Assembly (NCBI RefSeq): GCF_006345805.1
Contig: NC_043008.1
Coordinates: forward strand, 17,670,001 to 17,734,000
Direction: 5' to 3'
DNA length: 64,000 nt
Source of the DNA: Octopus sinensis
Taxonomy: Eukaryota
The notes beneath the pieces are model-generated. The model did not search any database, was not told where the DNA came from, and saw nothing but the letters and a program-made list of their open reading frames with translations. Both the position numbers and the translations under genes were made by a program. This document shows, one piece after another, positions 10,899-23,377 of this stretch (its first letter is position 1; the number at the start of each line of letters is the position of its first letter).

Positions 10899-13800
10899 TC
10901 TGCTGTTGTTGACACCAGCGAAACAGATTTCGATGGATGTAATTGTCGTCTAGTAAGTAAATTATCTTGAGTACTTATTTACATTTCTTCATATTCTTTA
11001 ATTTTTAATTATACTCTTATTATAATCTTAATTCCACCAATATTGTCACTGTATAGGAATAGCGTAACAGATAAATACTGGGTTGCGTATTCCGATTAAT
11101 CTCTCTAACAAACGTATGTTATATAAGCCAGTCAGTTGCGTAGACAACACTTCTGCGCTGCAGCCTTTATGCTATAAGTCAATATATCGCACTATTTTAC
11201 ATATATATATATATATACATCACCGAAGTCCAATTCTGTAGTTTCGATACTTCTTTCTAATTTTGCAGGAAAGAAAGCGCGCGGATTAATCAAGAAGTTA
11301 CCAGTCGAAGAAGAAATTTTTACGTGAATTCATGAAGTACAGTAAAAACCAGTGGAAATCTCTGACAAAATTCACGGCACTTCTTGTGAATATCATGAGT
11401 TCCCTTTACAGACACACGCGACACTTTCGAGCATCAGATAAATCAATGCTCTGACTTTAAACTATATCCCTTTGCGCTCTGTGTTCAACAGTCGCCAACA
11501 TTACCGTTGCTTGTTATTCTTGACAGGACAATAATATAAGTCCCAGACACGTAATGGAAATCGACTGATTGCTTTGGCTCAGCCGCCGCTCCAAAATCTG
11601 TGGTTGAGAGTTTTTGATAGCAACAAAATATTATTTACATTTGCTAATTGCATGTGATAATTATATTGTTAAGCTTATCTTCTACTCTTTGGGAATCTAA
11701 AAATCATCATTGTATGAAATTAACTGTGGCTTAGTTTGCAAGCAATGGGACATTTAGCGTCCGTCGAAGCTTTACTGAAAATTATTTACGCTATTAATAA
11801 AATGAAATATTAACTCAAATCGAAAACCTGTCCGTAACTTAGGATCTTTAGAAGTATTATCATTGCTGTATCTAACTTCATTATCTGAAAATGCGTATCG
11901 AGCGTTTATTGATGAGTTAAAGTAGCGTTAAATATGTCAAATATGCTGATCCCATTATGTTAATGGCATATATTTGTCGACCCTTTAATCGAAAATACCT
12001 CACCGCAACATCACTAAATTCGGAACTCTGATGGAAGCAAATAAGTACTCTAATACTTTAATCTTTTATTTACATTATGTGTCATCGTTTAGATTTTTTT
12101 AAAATTATTATAAATATCATCTTCATTAAAAATTCAAACACCTAACAAACCTTTGATTTATATAAAAAAAAAAGAATATTAAAAGTATAAACATATAAAA
12201 ATTGCTGTTCAGATAAACCAGTGTGAAACTGCGAAATTAAATATTTACACAAAGCATCAGTATATTTATACCGAAAATATTTTCATTGGTATTCATCCAA
12301 AATATTTTAATGTTATTGATTTAAAATATTTAGAGATTATTTGATATTATTTATTTTCTTTCATTGTTTCATTTTGTGTTGTTTATGTTTTTTATTTTTA
12401 ATATTGAAAAATTGCCATATTTTCCGAACATTGATGTTACCATTTGTGATTTCATTTCTTTTTATTTAAATAAATATGAATTTTCTGTTTTTGTTTAGAT
12501 AAAGGTTATGTAAACAAAGCATGTGTAGACAAATCATGCTCTGCATATATGTGTATATATTTATGTTTTGCTTCACATATGGAGATATTTCTACGCATAT
12601 GACACATTATAGAGAAAATTTATTTTAAATGATATTGCAAATAAAGCTAATCCTTATGACAGGACACAAACAACTATATGTGATATATTTATTATTTTAA
12701 ATTGACAGAAAGTTATAAAAGTGGCTCGAAAGCTGTGAATATCGTGCATGGCATTTATCCTATTGCTCCAGATTTTCAAACAAAACTACGCGCGAACACA
12801 AACACATGTATGTGTATATTTGAATACGTATGAATATATTTTCTTCGTCACTTCATATATCTCATAAACATGCTTTTATAATGCTACTTTTCCTAATAAT
12901 TTTGTACATATAAATATACATTAAGTGTTCACTCCTAAGTTTATAAATACATTTAATTATATTACCTATTTTCATAAAAACGATTGTTCTTCATGTAAAT
13001 CGAGTTCGAAATTCGAGGCACGCTAGAATGAAAACGTTACTTTGGAAACGAACTACCGGAAGGGGCAGCTTGGGTGTTGCTGCTTCGATGCCGCCGCAAA
13101 TTTGACATGGCTGACTGGAAATTGAAGCTAGTTCGGTGATAGATTTTTGGCGACTATACTTTTGGCACTGTATGCAAACACCAACACACACATGCAAATA
13201 GATACAAAGGAAGAGAGACAATAGGATGGTTTAATTGAAGCCGATTGATTTAAACACTTCCCCCTCTCCTCATATAGAAATAGAACTATGCTTACGCTCA
13301 GAAACAGAGAAGGGAACAACAGTGATGGATGCAATGTGTATCACTTAGTAGCAAGGTGGCTGAATTTTTACTTATGTTGAGATATAATCATTTTCCTTTG
13401 GAAATAAAAGTGAGACACTTGAAATGAAACTCTTGCCAGCAGTTGAAGTTTTACGAAAGCAGATTTTGGCACAATGTATTATTATAGTTGTTGATAGTAC
13501 ATAAGGCAGCGAGCTGGCAGAATCGTAAACGAGACAGGCAAAATGCATAGCGGCATTTCTTGCGTCTTTGCGTTCTGAGTTCTAATCCCGACGAAGTTGA
13601 CTTGGCCTTTCGGGATCAATAAAATAAGCACCAGCTGAGCACTGGGGTTGAAATTACTGGCATTGTGCCAAAATTTATGACATAATTTTTATTTTTTAAT
13701 CATTTCTTAGAGAGCGGAACAGGGGTCATTAAAAGTGCTGTACACATGATAAGCCCATATAATTTTACTCCCGGTATAAAATATGGTCATGAATATATTA

Positions 13801-14225
13801 TTGCAGTGGCACAGTAGGATTTCTGTAAAATGGAGTTTCCAATTATAGTAAGCCCTGCGTATATACAAGTTAGAAAATGTCTCTGGGGTGCTTTTGAATG
13901 CAACAGGAAGTATCCATTTTCACTTCTGTGTTTCATGGAGAAACAGCTATCGCACAATTTCCCTTCTATAAATTTGCGGGGTTTTTGCCAAAGAAAGGCT
14001 AATATAATTGCAAAATTATTACTATAATATTGGAAAACAGAGAGCTTTCTCTCTGGTTGCAATATTCTTTACCTCGTTTCTTTGATAATTATTCATTACT
14101 TTTATCTTGCTAAGAGTTCTGGAAAAAGACAAAAAAAAAACACATCAGAATGTGCTAGGTTGTATTTCTTCAACATGTAGACTAATATAAGTCTCATTGA
14201 AAGAACTAAATCATAAATAGGTGTG

Positions 14226-14259
<34 letters not shown>

Positions 14260-14273
14260 ATATATAATACTTT

Positions 14274-14430
14274 TTCTCTTTTTACTCTTTTACTTGTTTC
14301 AGTCATTTCACTGCGGCCATGCTGGAGCACCGCCTTTAGTCGAGAAAATCGCCCCCAGGACTTATTCTTTGGAAGCCTAGTAGTTACTCTATCGATCTCT
14401 TTTGCCGAGCCGCTAAGTTATGGGGATAAA
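14274..14430 (-). mobile_element. SINE family A, 3' fragment
   Basis: Reverse complement of the family A 3' end (TTACTTGTTTCAGTCATTT...GCTGGAGCACCGCCTTT). Confidence 0.85.
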
Positions 14431-14520
14431 AAAGCTGACGTGCCGTGATCAAGATTGTGGTGCATATATATATATATATATATATAATATATATATAAAT
14501 CTATATATATATTATATATA

Positions 14521-14556
<36 letters not shown>

Positions 14557-14559
<3 letters not shown>

Positions 14560-14760
14560 GAATTTTTTGTCCTCCACCTCACTCTCTATTTATATCACAT
14601 CGAAACTAACTATGACTTTTCCTCTCACACCGTCTCCGATGAAGGGGCACTATTATTAATTAATATTCTAAAAACAGCTGTAAGACATTCTATCTATAAA
14701 TGCTCTAATATCTATACAGCCTTGGTTTTATTTTGTCTCATTACACAGAAAATTCATATA
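14557..14760 (+). mobile_element. Penelope-like remnant with degenerate hammerhead (14632-14686)
   Basis: GTCT CCGATGA AGGGG..TTCTA AAAA CAGCTG TA AGAC; sits next to a TA run. Confidence 0.6.
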
Positions 14761-14897
14761 TACACGCGCTGATATAGAACCAACGTTGAACACTTTATTC
14801 GCAATATTAACCGAATCTGGAACTTAAGTATGGTCTGTCTATAGCACTTATTCAGCATTACCTGACACATTTGGGTCTCAATGACACCATTATCCCT

Positions 14898-14937
<40 letters not shown>

Positions 14938-15695
14938 TATTATATATATATATATATATATTATATATACATACACAATAAAGGATAATGTATCTTACAG
15001 CATCAAAAAACGTCAACAATATAAGCAATAGATAAATTTTGATAGAGAAAATAGAGATGCATATGTATAAGTACATATATTTACATACATTCATACATGG
15101 TATTATAGAAGCGCACACATAGTTAAGTAAATTTTGCGTCGTATCAATTTTATTAACAGCATGATTGAAACAAGAACGTTTTAACTAGTAGTTGAAACCG
15201 GCTCCGGTTCTCTCTTCGTAAAATCTCATTATTTTCATTCATAATATGTAACACATGTTGGTTTTACGCATACAATGGAGTAGAACAGCTGAGTTAAACA
15301 GTGCGTTAGATAAAGTATTATTTTTCTTTGTCAATTGATGACATATCCATTCCATAACAAACATTTATGCAAAGATATGCGTCGTGATGTAAATGATGTA
15401 GCAGACATTGTTAGCATGGATCGCATAAGAAAAAAATATATATCTTGCTTGAAATAGGTCACGTTAAAGATACGAGATAATATTGTCACACGCAAGAACA
15501 ACAGATTATAAACATACACGTACTTAGGTCTTCTTCTCTAGTTGTCCCCAATTTTTCTCTAAGTACACACAGACACACGCACACTCAAACGTACACAAAC
15601 ATATGTGAATATACACGTATGTGTATTTAAACATAAATATAAACACATGTGTGTGTGTTTTGCGTGTTCGTTTGTGTACGTGTGTGTGTGTGTGT

Positions 15696-15819
15696 GTGGC
15701 TCTGTGTTAAGAAGGTTGCATCCCAAACGCAGGGTTCCGGGTTCAGTCTCATTGCGTGGCACCATGGGCATAGCCTTGTAAGTGGATTTGTTAGATGGAA
15801 ACTGAAGGAAGCCTATCGC

Positions 15820-15856
<37 letters not shown>

Positions 15857-16110
15857 CATGTGTGTGTGTGTGTGCATGTGTGTGTGTGTGTGCTTGTGTG
15901 TATGTAACTCCCAACCATCGCTTGACAACTGTTGTTGGTGTGTTTACGTACCCGTAATCTAGCGGTTCAGCAGAATTTATTGATAGCATAATTAATTACT
16001 AGGTTTACAAAGAAAAAGACCTAAGGACGACCTGTACTACTAAAGGTGGTGTTCCAGCCGGGCCGCAGTCAAATGACTGAAGCATGTAAAAAAAGTAAAA
16101 GTGTAAAAGA
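15696..16110 (+). mobile_element. SINE family A, diverged
   Basis: Colinear with 5420-5828 throughout. Confidence 0.85.
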
Positions 16111-16122
16111 CTATAAGAATAA

Positions 16123-16159
<37 letters not shown>

Positions 16160-16163
<4 letters not shown>

Positions 16164-16719
16164 GAATTTACAAAATATGAAGACGGTGTGTAAACAACAA
16201 GCTGATGTATTAGTTTAACACCAGGGAAGAGAGAATGACTTTTACGTTTCAAGCAGAAATAAACATGGAGAGAAAATAGAAAAAGTTTTAGTGGCTAGCG
16301 ATCTATCATGGTGAACGCCGAACAGAGGGGTCACACAGGAGAGCCAGGAAGAAGGGGAGATAATAAAGTAGTTGCGATCCCAAAATAAAGGTTCACATGC
16401 AAGTGTAGGTGTGTGAATGATGGTGTAGATACTGGCATGTGGACATTGCTAGTGTGTGCGAGGTGGTGTGATGTGGTGTGGTGTGGTATGGTAGTGTGTA
16501 ATGTGGTGGTGTGTAGTATGTGGTGTGGTGATGTTGGAGTGTGGCGGAGGCGAGATTGGGAAAGCAAGGGTGGGTCTAAGGGATGGTGTGGGCTGGGAGT
16601 GGAATATAGGTATGGTGGGGTTGGAAGGTGTATTGTGGGGTAACGATGAAGGGAGAGTGTAGAAGGGAGAAGGTGGGTTGGAGTGCAGAGAAGGAGAGAG
16701 GAGGTATAAATAAAATATA

Positions 16720-16720
<1 letters not shown>
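16160..16720 (-). mobile_element. Probable Penelope-like remnant
   Basis: Sits between TA runs. Carries TTTTACGTTTCAAGC (minus strand GCTTGAAACGTAAAA, a hammerhead 3' half) and a GT/GA-rich low-complexity tract. Confidence 0.45.
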
Positions 16721-16754
<34 letters not shown>

Positions 16755-16767
<13 letters not shown>

Positions 16768-17256
16768 TCTAGTTGTGTGAGTGTCTGTCCCCTTCGATTT
16801 AGATTCCTAACTCCTCCCACATTTTGCGGTGCAGTTTAACCAAATTCGGGTATCTTATAGTCGTGATTCATATCGAGCCCGTCTGACTATTAGCGCGCGT
16901 CAACGATGAGTCTACGATTTTAAAAATAATTTAACATCATTTTTTATTCCATTTTAATGCATAAAATGCATCGTATTTCGATGGCGGCGGAGTTGGCGTC
17001 CACGCTCACAGCTGCACCTGTTTGCTTCTCCCCCTTCCCTCCCTCGTGAAGCTGTGGGGAAGGGGTGTAAAGAAATCAACGTCGTAATGCATTGTGAAGG
17101 AAACCAGCGTTCTTTTAGAACAACGACTTCATGGCTTGAAGACACCAAAACAAAAATGGCTAAGAAAGCCCGAATTTATAAGGGAAGTAACTCTCTAAAA
17201 ATGCTTATATAGTTATTTCCCTTACAAACCCGAGCAACGCCGGGCGATACTGCTAG
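16755..17256 (+). mobile_element. Non-autonomous Helitron
   Basis: 3' hairpin CCCGAGCAACGCCGGG (17229-17244), then CTAG (17253-17256) followed by T; the 5' end emerges from a TA run as TATATAAAACT; no TIRs or TSD. Confidence 0.8.
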
Positions 17257-17269
17257 TATATATATATAA

Positions 17270-17745
17270 GAAAAATAAGAAAATAGGAATAAATCAATTA
17301 ATAATTATATTTATTAATTACAAAAATAATCATAATCCCTGACAGCTGTTTAGATTACGGCTTTAAAAATTTAATTAAATTAATTAAATCATTATAAAGT
17401 TGAATCTTGTCGGAGGTAGGAAAAAATATACTTTTACATTTTTATGTTTTTATGTGTTAAGTGCATGGAGCATTACAGTTACCTGAGTATTGTTTTATAG
17501 AAAAAAATGGTATAGACCTTATAAGGAACTATATTTAGAGAAACAAATATAAAATATAACATAATATACTCTGGGGAATCATTAGAAATTATAGAGATAA
17601 ACAATATGTAGTAATTAACCGTGTATTTAGGCATCAGATTTAATAGAGGGGTAAACATGTTTTTTTAAAATTTAAGTAATATAGTATACTCTAGGTAATC
17701 ATTAAAAGTATAGAGATAAAACAATATATATTAATTAACCCAAAA
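17270..17745 (-). mobile_element. Penelope-like remnant with degenerate hammerhead (17337-17417) and internal diverged duplication
   Basis: Minus strand CCT CCGACAA GATT...AATC TAAA CAGCTG TC AGG; the segment TATACTCT..AATCATT..AGAGATAAACAATAT occurs twice (about 17565 and 17685). Confidence 0.55.
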
Positions 17746-17915
17746 TCAGGCCAGTGTGGTTTTATCCGCACAGCTCGAAGTAAGGTGTATATATATATAT
17801 ATATTTATTCTCTTCGAAATTATCCCTAATAGTAGTTTGGATTTTGGCAACTCTTTCTAGCGTGTTAGGTGTCCTATGATGGTCATCTTTTACGTGTTTA
17901 AATGTACACTGTATT

Positions 17916-17960
<45 letters not shown>

Positions 17961-17962
<2 letters not shown>

Positions 17963-18822
17963 TAAACGTTAAAAAAACACAAACTGGGACAAGAACGTGA
18001 AACATTTTGAAGACGGCAAAAAAATTTTCGAAGCTCTCAGTCATCAGTCAAGAACCAGATCATCTTCGCAATTTCGGCTGATTAATCTTGAGATTGCTCC
18101 AATCTGGGCAGCCAACCAAGGGAAATCGAAGCCAATCGCATTAGATTCCTTGGAAGAAAACCTCGAAAGTATACAACACGGTGACGGAAAAACGGACGAT
18201 GTTACTCGAAAAAAAAATTCAAAAATACGTAAAAACAATAAAGAAAGCACGGATAAAAATACAAAATAACGTAAAAACAATCATAACAAAACCAGGACGT
18301 CAGGACAAGCGTCTTTCGACAGGACGAGTTGAGTATAGGGCTGGCTGTGGTAAAAATGTCTGAAGGCAAACGGAGCACAAACACATACGTGTGGTCAAGC
18401 CAACTACTTGATGCGAAAGGCAGTAGTAGCTAGCTGGTCACGTGAGCACAAAAAGGAGGAAGGGACAGATGAAGAGAGAAGCAGGAGAGGGAAAGGGACA
18501 GGTCAAGTGGGGTATAAGGTCTGAGAGGCAGAGAAATGTGGGAGAGGAGGGACGAGGAAGAGAGAAAGAAAGAAGGGGAACAGGGAGGAGAAGAAAAAGA
18601 GGGAAAGAGACAGAACAAGGGGAGTGAAAAGGGTGAAGGCAGAGAAAAGTAGGAGAGGGGGGAAAAAGAGACAGAGTAGTAGAGTCGTACCAATGTTAGA
18701 GAGTAATATACTTACAGTATAGGGTTAAAGGGTAGGGTACGTAGCCGCCATGTATATAGGTAAACGTTAAAAAAACACAAACTGGGACAAGAACGTGAAA
18801 CATTTTGAAGACGGCAAAAAAA
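17961..18822 (-). mobile_element. Element of about 860 bp bounded by a 64-bp direct repeat (Penelope-like partial tandem repeat)
   Basis: GGTAAACGTTAAAAAAACACAAACTGGGACAAGAACGTGAAACATTTTGAAGACGGCAAAAAAA appears identically at 17961 and 18759. The family assignment is an inference. Confidence 0.6.
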
Positions 18823-19090
18823 CGTCTATCTCTCCCTATGTGTGTGGGTGTGTGTATATGTGTGTGTGCAAATACCTTTTTCTGATATATAGCTGATTTT
18901 TTGTTAAACTTTCTGTATGCGTTCGGTTCGATTTTTTTTTGTTATACGCTGCCGAGTTTTACATTCCTGTAAATAAAAATAATTCTACTTATATAAGCCT
19001 AGAGGATATAGCGATCATCATGCAATGACTAAGGGAGCTAGTCTAATAATGGGACATATAAGCCCTCGACAGAATAAAAGTAGGCTTTCC

Positions 19091-19162
19091 AATCTGCGTT
19101 GGACTCGAACACACATACCTTCGTTAACGTAACTAAGTGTGATACTATTACACCAACGAATT
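19091..19162 (-). pseudogene. tRNA-like pseudogene or isolated SINE head
   Basis: 72 nt; A box TGGTGTAATAG, D stem GTGT/ACAC, B box GTTCGAGTCC, acceptor stem 6/7 counting G-U pairs; T stem only 3/5; non-canonical anticodon loop; TTTT about 12 nt downstream. Confidence 0.5.
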
Positions 19163-19174
19163 AGCCAACCATCG

Positions 19175-20025
19175 CGTTAGTAGTGCGGATGGGCTCCATC
19201 ATGCTGAAAACAAAACTCCTCCTCATCAAAGTCTTCTCTAATTCTTGGCATGACAGACTGTTGCAGCAATTTCAACTAATGGGACCAGTCACAGTAGCGT
19301 CAAAAAAGAATGGTCCAATTAATCCTCTTGATGATAAGCCACACCACACTGTATCCCCTGGTAAATTAACATGGTGTTCCACCATAACATGCAGATTATC
19401 AGGTCCCCAGTAGGTGCAATTTTGGCGGTTAATTAAACCATTTAATTTGAATGTGACCTCAACACTCCACAATATTTGTTGGAAAGTGTGCATCTTCTAC
19501 ACATCGTGCCAGGTACCACTCGCAATACTGCACTCTTCGGGCTGGATCATCATCATTAGTAGCAAGGACTAATCTTGGAATATAACAGTTCCATTGGCAA
19601 CCCTTCAAAATGCGCTGGACACACGATTTTGACATACCGACCTCACGTCTCGCTTGCCGCATAAATTTTCTTGGACATTGGTGATACGTTTCAAGCACTC
19701 CTTCTTGGTTTGTTGGGGTTGTCGAGGCTCATGGTTTTCCTGAACGCTTCTCATGAATATTTTCAACAGTTCCATCGGTTTCAAACTTATCTCTAATTTA
19801 GGTGATGTTAAGTCACATTGGTGAATCTGTTTAAAACTACCACATAAACTGTGTACTTCAACTGCGTTTTCATACATTCAGTAGCATTTTAAATTGTCTT
19901 TCCTTTGTTCAAACCTTAGTCTATCTGCCACCATTAATTCCAATGGGTTTCATCCGAAAAGAAAAAGAACATCAATTGAGTTATCAGCTACTAAATTGTG
20001 TATACAATATTTTGAGGACACCCTA
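19175..20025 (-). mobile_element. Tc1/mariner-superfamily transposon, rosa/DD41D (DUF4817-type) like; 3'-truncated pseudogene
   Basis: TIR-like end AGGGTGTCCTCAAAATATTGTATACACA; ATG at 19934 (MVADRLRFEQRK); YIPRLV...[13 protein letters not shown]; [16 protein letters not shown]; [16 protein letters not shown]; QHDGAHPHY. Frameshifted. The third catalytic residue is missing, so the subfamily is assigned from motifs only. Confidence 0.85.
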
Positions 20026-20488
20026 TATATAAAATCAATAAAAGCAACTGTTTGCAACATTATACCATAAATGATAATTATAGTCAACTAAATGTGTTTA
20101 ACACCTATATTGCTAGAAAAAGTGCAATATATACACACATACACATATAGCTAGAAATAAGAACTAAAATGCTCCAATGCTGTTACAACGCACATAATAT
20201 ATACTCTGATAGCACCTATCAGATTATATGTTTTCCCTGTTCCTTTCTAAGTACGTATATATCGTATATGTATGTGTCTGTGAATATATACATCGACAGA
20301 CATCTATGTACACACGCATAAGTACATATTAAGCTCAAGGATGGATAATAAATGCTCACTTGTAAGTGCAAAGCATGCACAAGCTCGCAGATATATAGGG
20401 ATGACGAAAAGGAAACATGATGTTGTCATATTTTTAGATGAAAAATATTCCGCTACAGGGAATGTGTGAGTTTGTATATAAATAAGCA

Positions 20489-20656
20489 GAATATAAATAA
20501 GCAGTAATATGGGGATAACTGCTTATATTATAGTGTCTCAATAAATATAAACGATTAATGATCGACTTTTTCCCTCTTGTAGACTATTTATCTCGTACTG
20601 GATTTGACACTGTTAGTTTACATTGCTATAAATATATACATACATATATACATACA

Positions 20657-20692
<36 letters not shown>

Positions 20693-20693
20693 C

Positions 20694-20736
<43 letters not shown>

Positions 20737-21911
20737 TATATTATGATGTTGTCATATTTTTAGATGAAAAATATTCCGCTTCAGGGAATGTGTGAGTCTG
20801 TAACTAAAGAGGTATTGGGTGCGAGTAAGTGTCGGAGAGTGCATAGGAATAAAAGATTGTATAAAAAGGAATGTGAAATAAGTGTAATGTAGAGAGGATG
20901 AATATTCTCGAGAATGCTTTTGGAATAATTATACGAGAAATTTACCTATATAAATTATAATGATAAAATATAAGGAAGATAATGCATCTATAACAAATGA
21001 TATATCCATCAAGGCCTTAGAATAGCACACGCAAATATTAAAAATGATACAGTGAAAAGTGATACCAAAGAATTCATTAAGTCCCAATCACTACCTTAAT
21101 CGACAACGATTCACTTTTAGGGCACTTGACCATTTAACATCCTACTATCATACCACTCCCGCATTCTTTTATTATTCTTTCTCTTCTTCTCTTTCTCCTT
21201 TTTCTATTTTGTCTTCTTCCACTCCGCTACCCCATTCCTTACTTTACTTCTAGTGCTGTTTAGAATAACACATGCGCAAATATTATAAAAAATACATTCA
21301 AAAGAGATATCTGAAGAATTCAATCACTAATACAATCCACAACAAGTCACTTTCAGGGCACTTGACCATTTAATACCCTACTACTATCATACCACTCCCG
21401 CCTTGTTTTATTATTCTATCTTCTTCTTCTTCTTCTTCTTCTTCTCCTTCTCCTTCTTCTTTTCTGCCAAGAATTAAAGACCCCGAACTCATAAGAGTAA
21501 ACAAGAGACATAGACTGGCAGAAACAAGGAAAATGCCCCTTTTATTTGAAGACTATGCAAATATACATTTCAAAAACTTTTTAATTTAATTTTTTCCAAA
21601 ATTTAATTGTTTTCCATATTTAGAGTTGAAAAAGTCTCAATGACTGAAATCGCTACCAAAATGTTTTTTATGATAAAAATATTTTAGCATTTCCTACCTT
21701 GACCCATTTTCCTTACACATATCAACTTGTGTGTTCCTTTTCAGCTTTCTACACACACATATATACATATACATACACATATTTATATATATTTATTCCA
21801 ATATATCCATACACATATATGTGCGTGTGTCCATAAAAGGAAAGAACTAGAAATGCATATATGTACATATATATATATATAGACATACACACCACATATA
21901 TTATATACATT

Positions 21912-21956
<45 letters not shown>

Positions 21957-22155
21957 ATATATATATTACATGCGTGTGTGGTGTGTGTGTCTGTATCTAT
22001 GTATGTATATATTTATAGCAGAGTAAACTAACAGTGTCAAATCCAGTACGAGACAGATAGTCTACAAGAGCGAAAAAGTCGATCATTAATCGTTTATATT
22101 TATTGAGACACTATAATATAAGCAGTTATCCGCATATTACAGCTTATTTATATTC
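20489..22155. repeat. Inverted repeat of about 158 bp (20489-20646 and 21998-22155)
   Basis: GATAACTGCTTATATTATAGTGTCTCAATAAATATAAACGATTAATGATCGACTTTTT and its reverse complement, near identical. Confidence 0.9.
21017..21440 (+). repeat. Diverged tandem duplication, period about 240 bp
   Basis: TTAGAATA..CGCAAATATTA...AGGGCACTTGACCATTTAA..CTACTATCATACCACTCCCGC occurs twice. Confidence 0.8.
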
Positions 22156-22999
22156 ATGCTAAACAGCACGTATATGACAATATTTACTTTGAAATTTATG
22201 GTGTTGTTGAACATAGTTTTTGTCCACTTCATCAGAAATCGTGTTTGAAAAGTATATTACCATAAGTTTGAACATTTGCTGTCTTTCATCCTTCACTTCT
22301 TTCAGTTATTGGACTGCGGCCATATTAAGAACCGCCTTCAATGGTTCAATCGAACAAATAGATCATGATACAAAATTTTCTTTACGAAAGATGCATATTC
22401 TGTGTGTCTTTTGCCGAACCATTCTGCTACATGGACGTATACAAGCCAATACCATCTATCACACTTCTCTCTCTCTCTCTCTCTCTCTCTCCCTCTCTCT
22501 CTCTCTCTCTGTATTTGTTTCTCCCTCTCTCTCTTTCACCTTTTTTCTCTCTCTGTCTCACACTCGTGGAGGCTCCAGTCTTACTGGTAAGGTGTTGGAG
22601 CGATTATCGTAAGATTGTGGTTTCGATTGATGGATAGGGCGATGCATTGTGTTCTTGAGCAAAAGCACTTATTTTTACATTGCTCCAATCCACTTCGCTG
22701 GTAAAAATGAGGTAATGCTGCGAGGGACTGGCGTCCCGTCCAGGTGGTGCATATATACGCCACTGAAACGGGTCTGTATGTGTCTATATGACTCGGGAAT
22801 GAACTCTACATTTTTTATACACACAGACGCGTGCACACAAACATATGAGTCAAAATTTGATTTTCCGTCAACCAAATCCACTTACACGGTGTTGTAATCA
22901 GCAATCGAGGATATAGTATAAGACGTTTACCCAAGGAGCCGTACAACTACACCTGTCATTATATAAAAATTTATGCACATCTGTATATATCTATATCCA

Positions 23000-23102
<103 letters not shown>

Positions 23103-23340
23103 ATATATCTATATATATATGTGTGTGTGTGTCTGGGTGGGTGTGCGTGTGACCACGTATGTATTTTTGGCGATTTTCTTTCTCCGTTTTCCCTTCTTTG
23201 GACTTTTTTCTATATTCTTGATAAAGAGCTCCACTCGAAACGTGAAATCCTCTTTTCTTCCTTTCCTGAGCGTTCAATAACATTGTACTTATTTCACGTC
23301 CTCGCGTTGTTGTTTTTCTTGCTTGCTCATGTTTGGATTG

Positions 23341-23374
<34 letters not shown>

Positions 23375-23377
23375 TAT

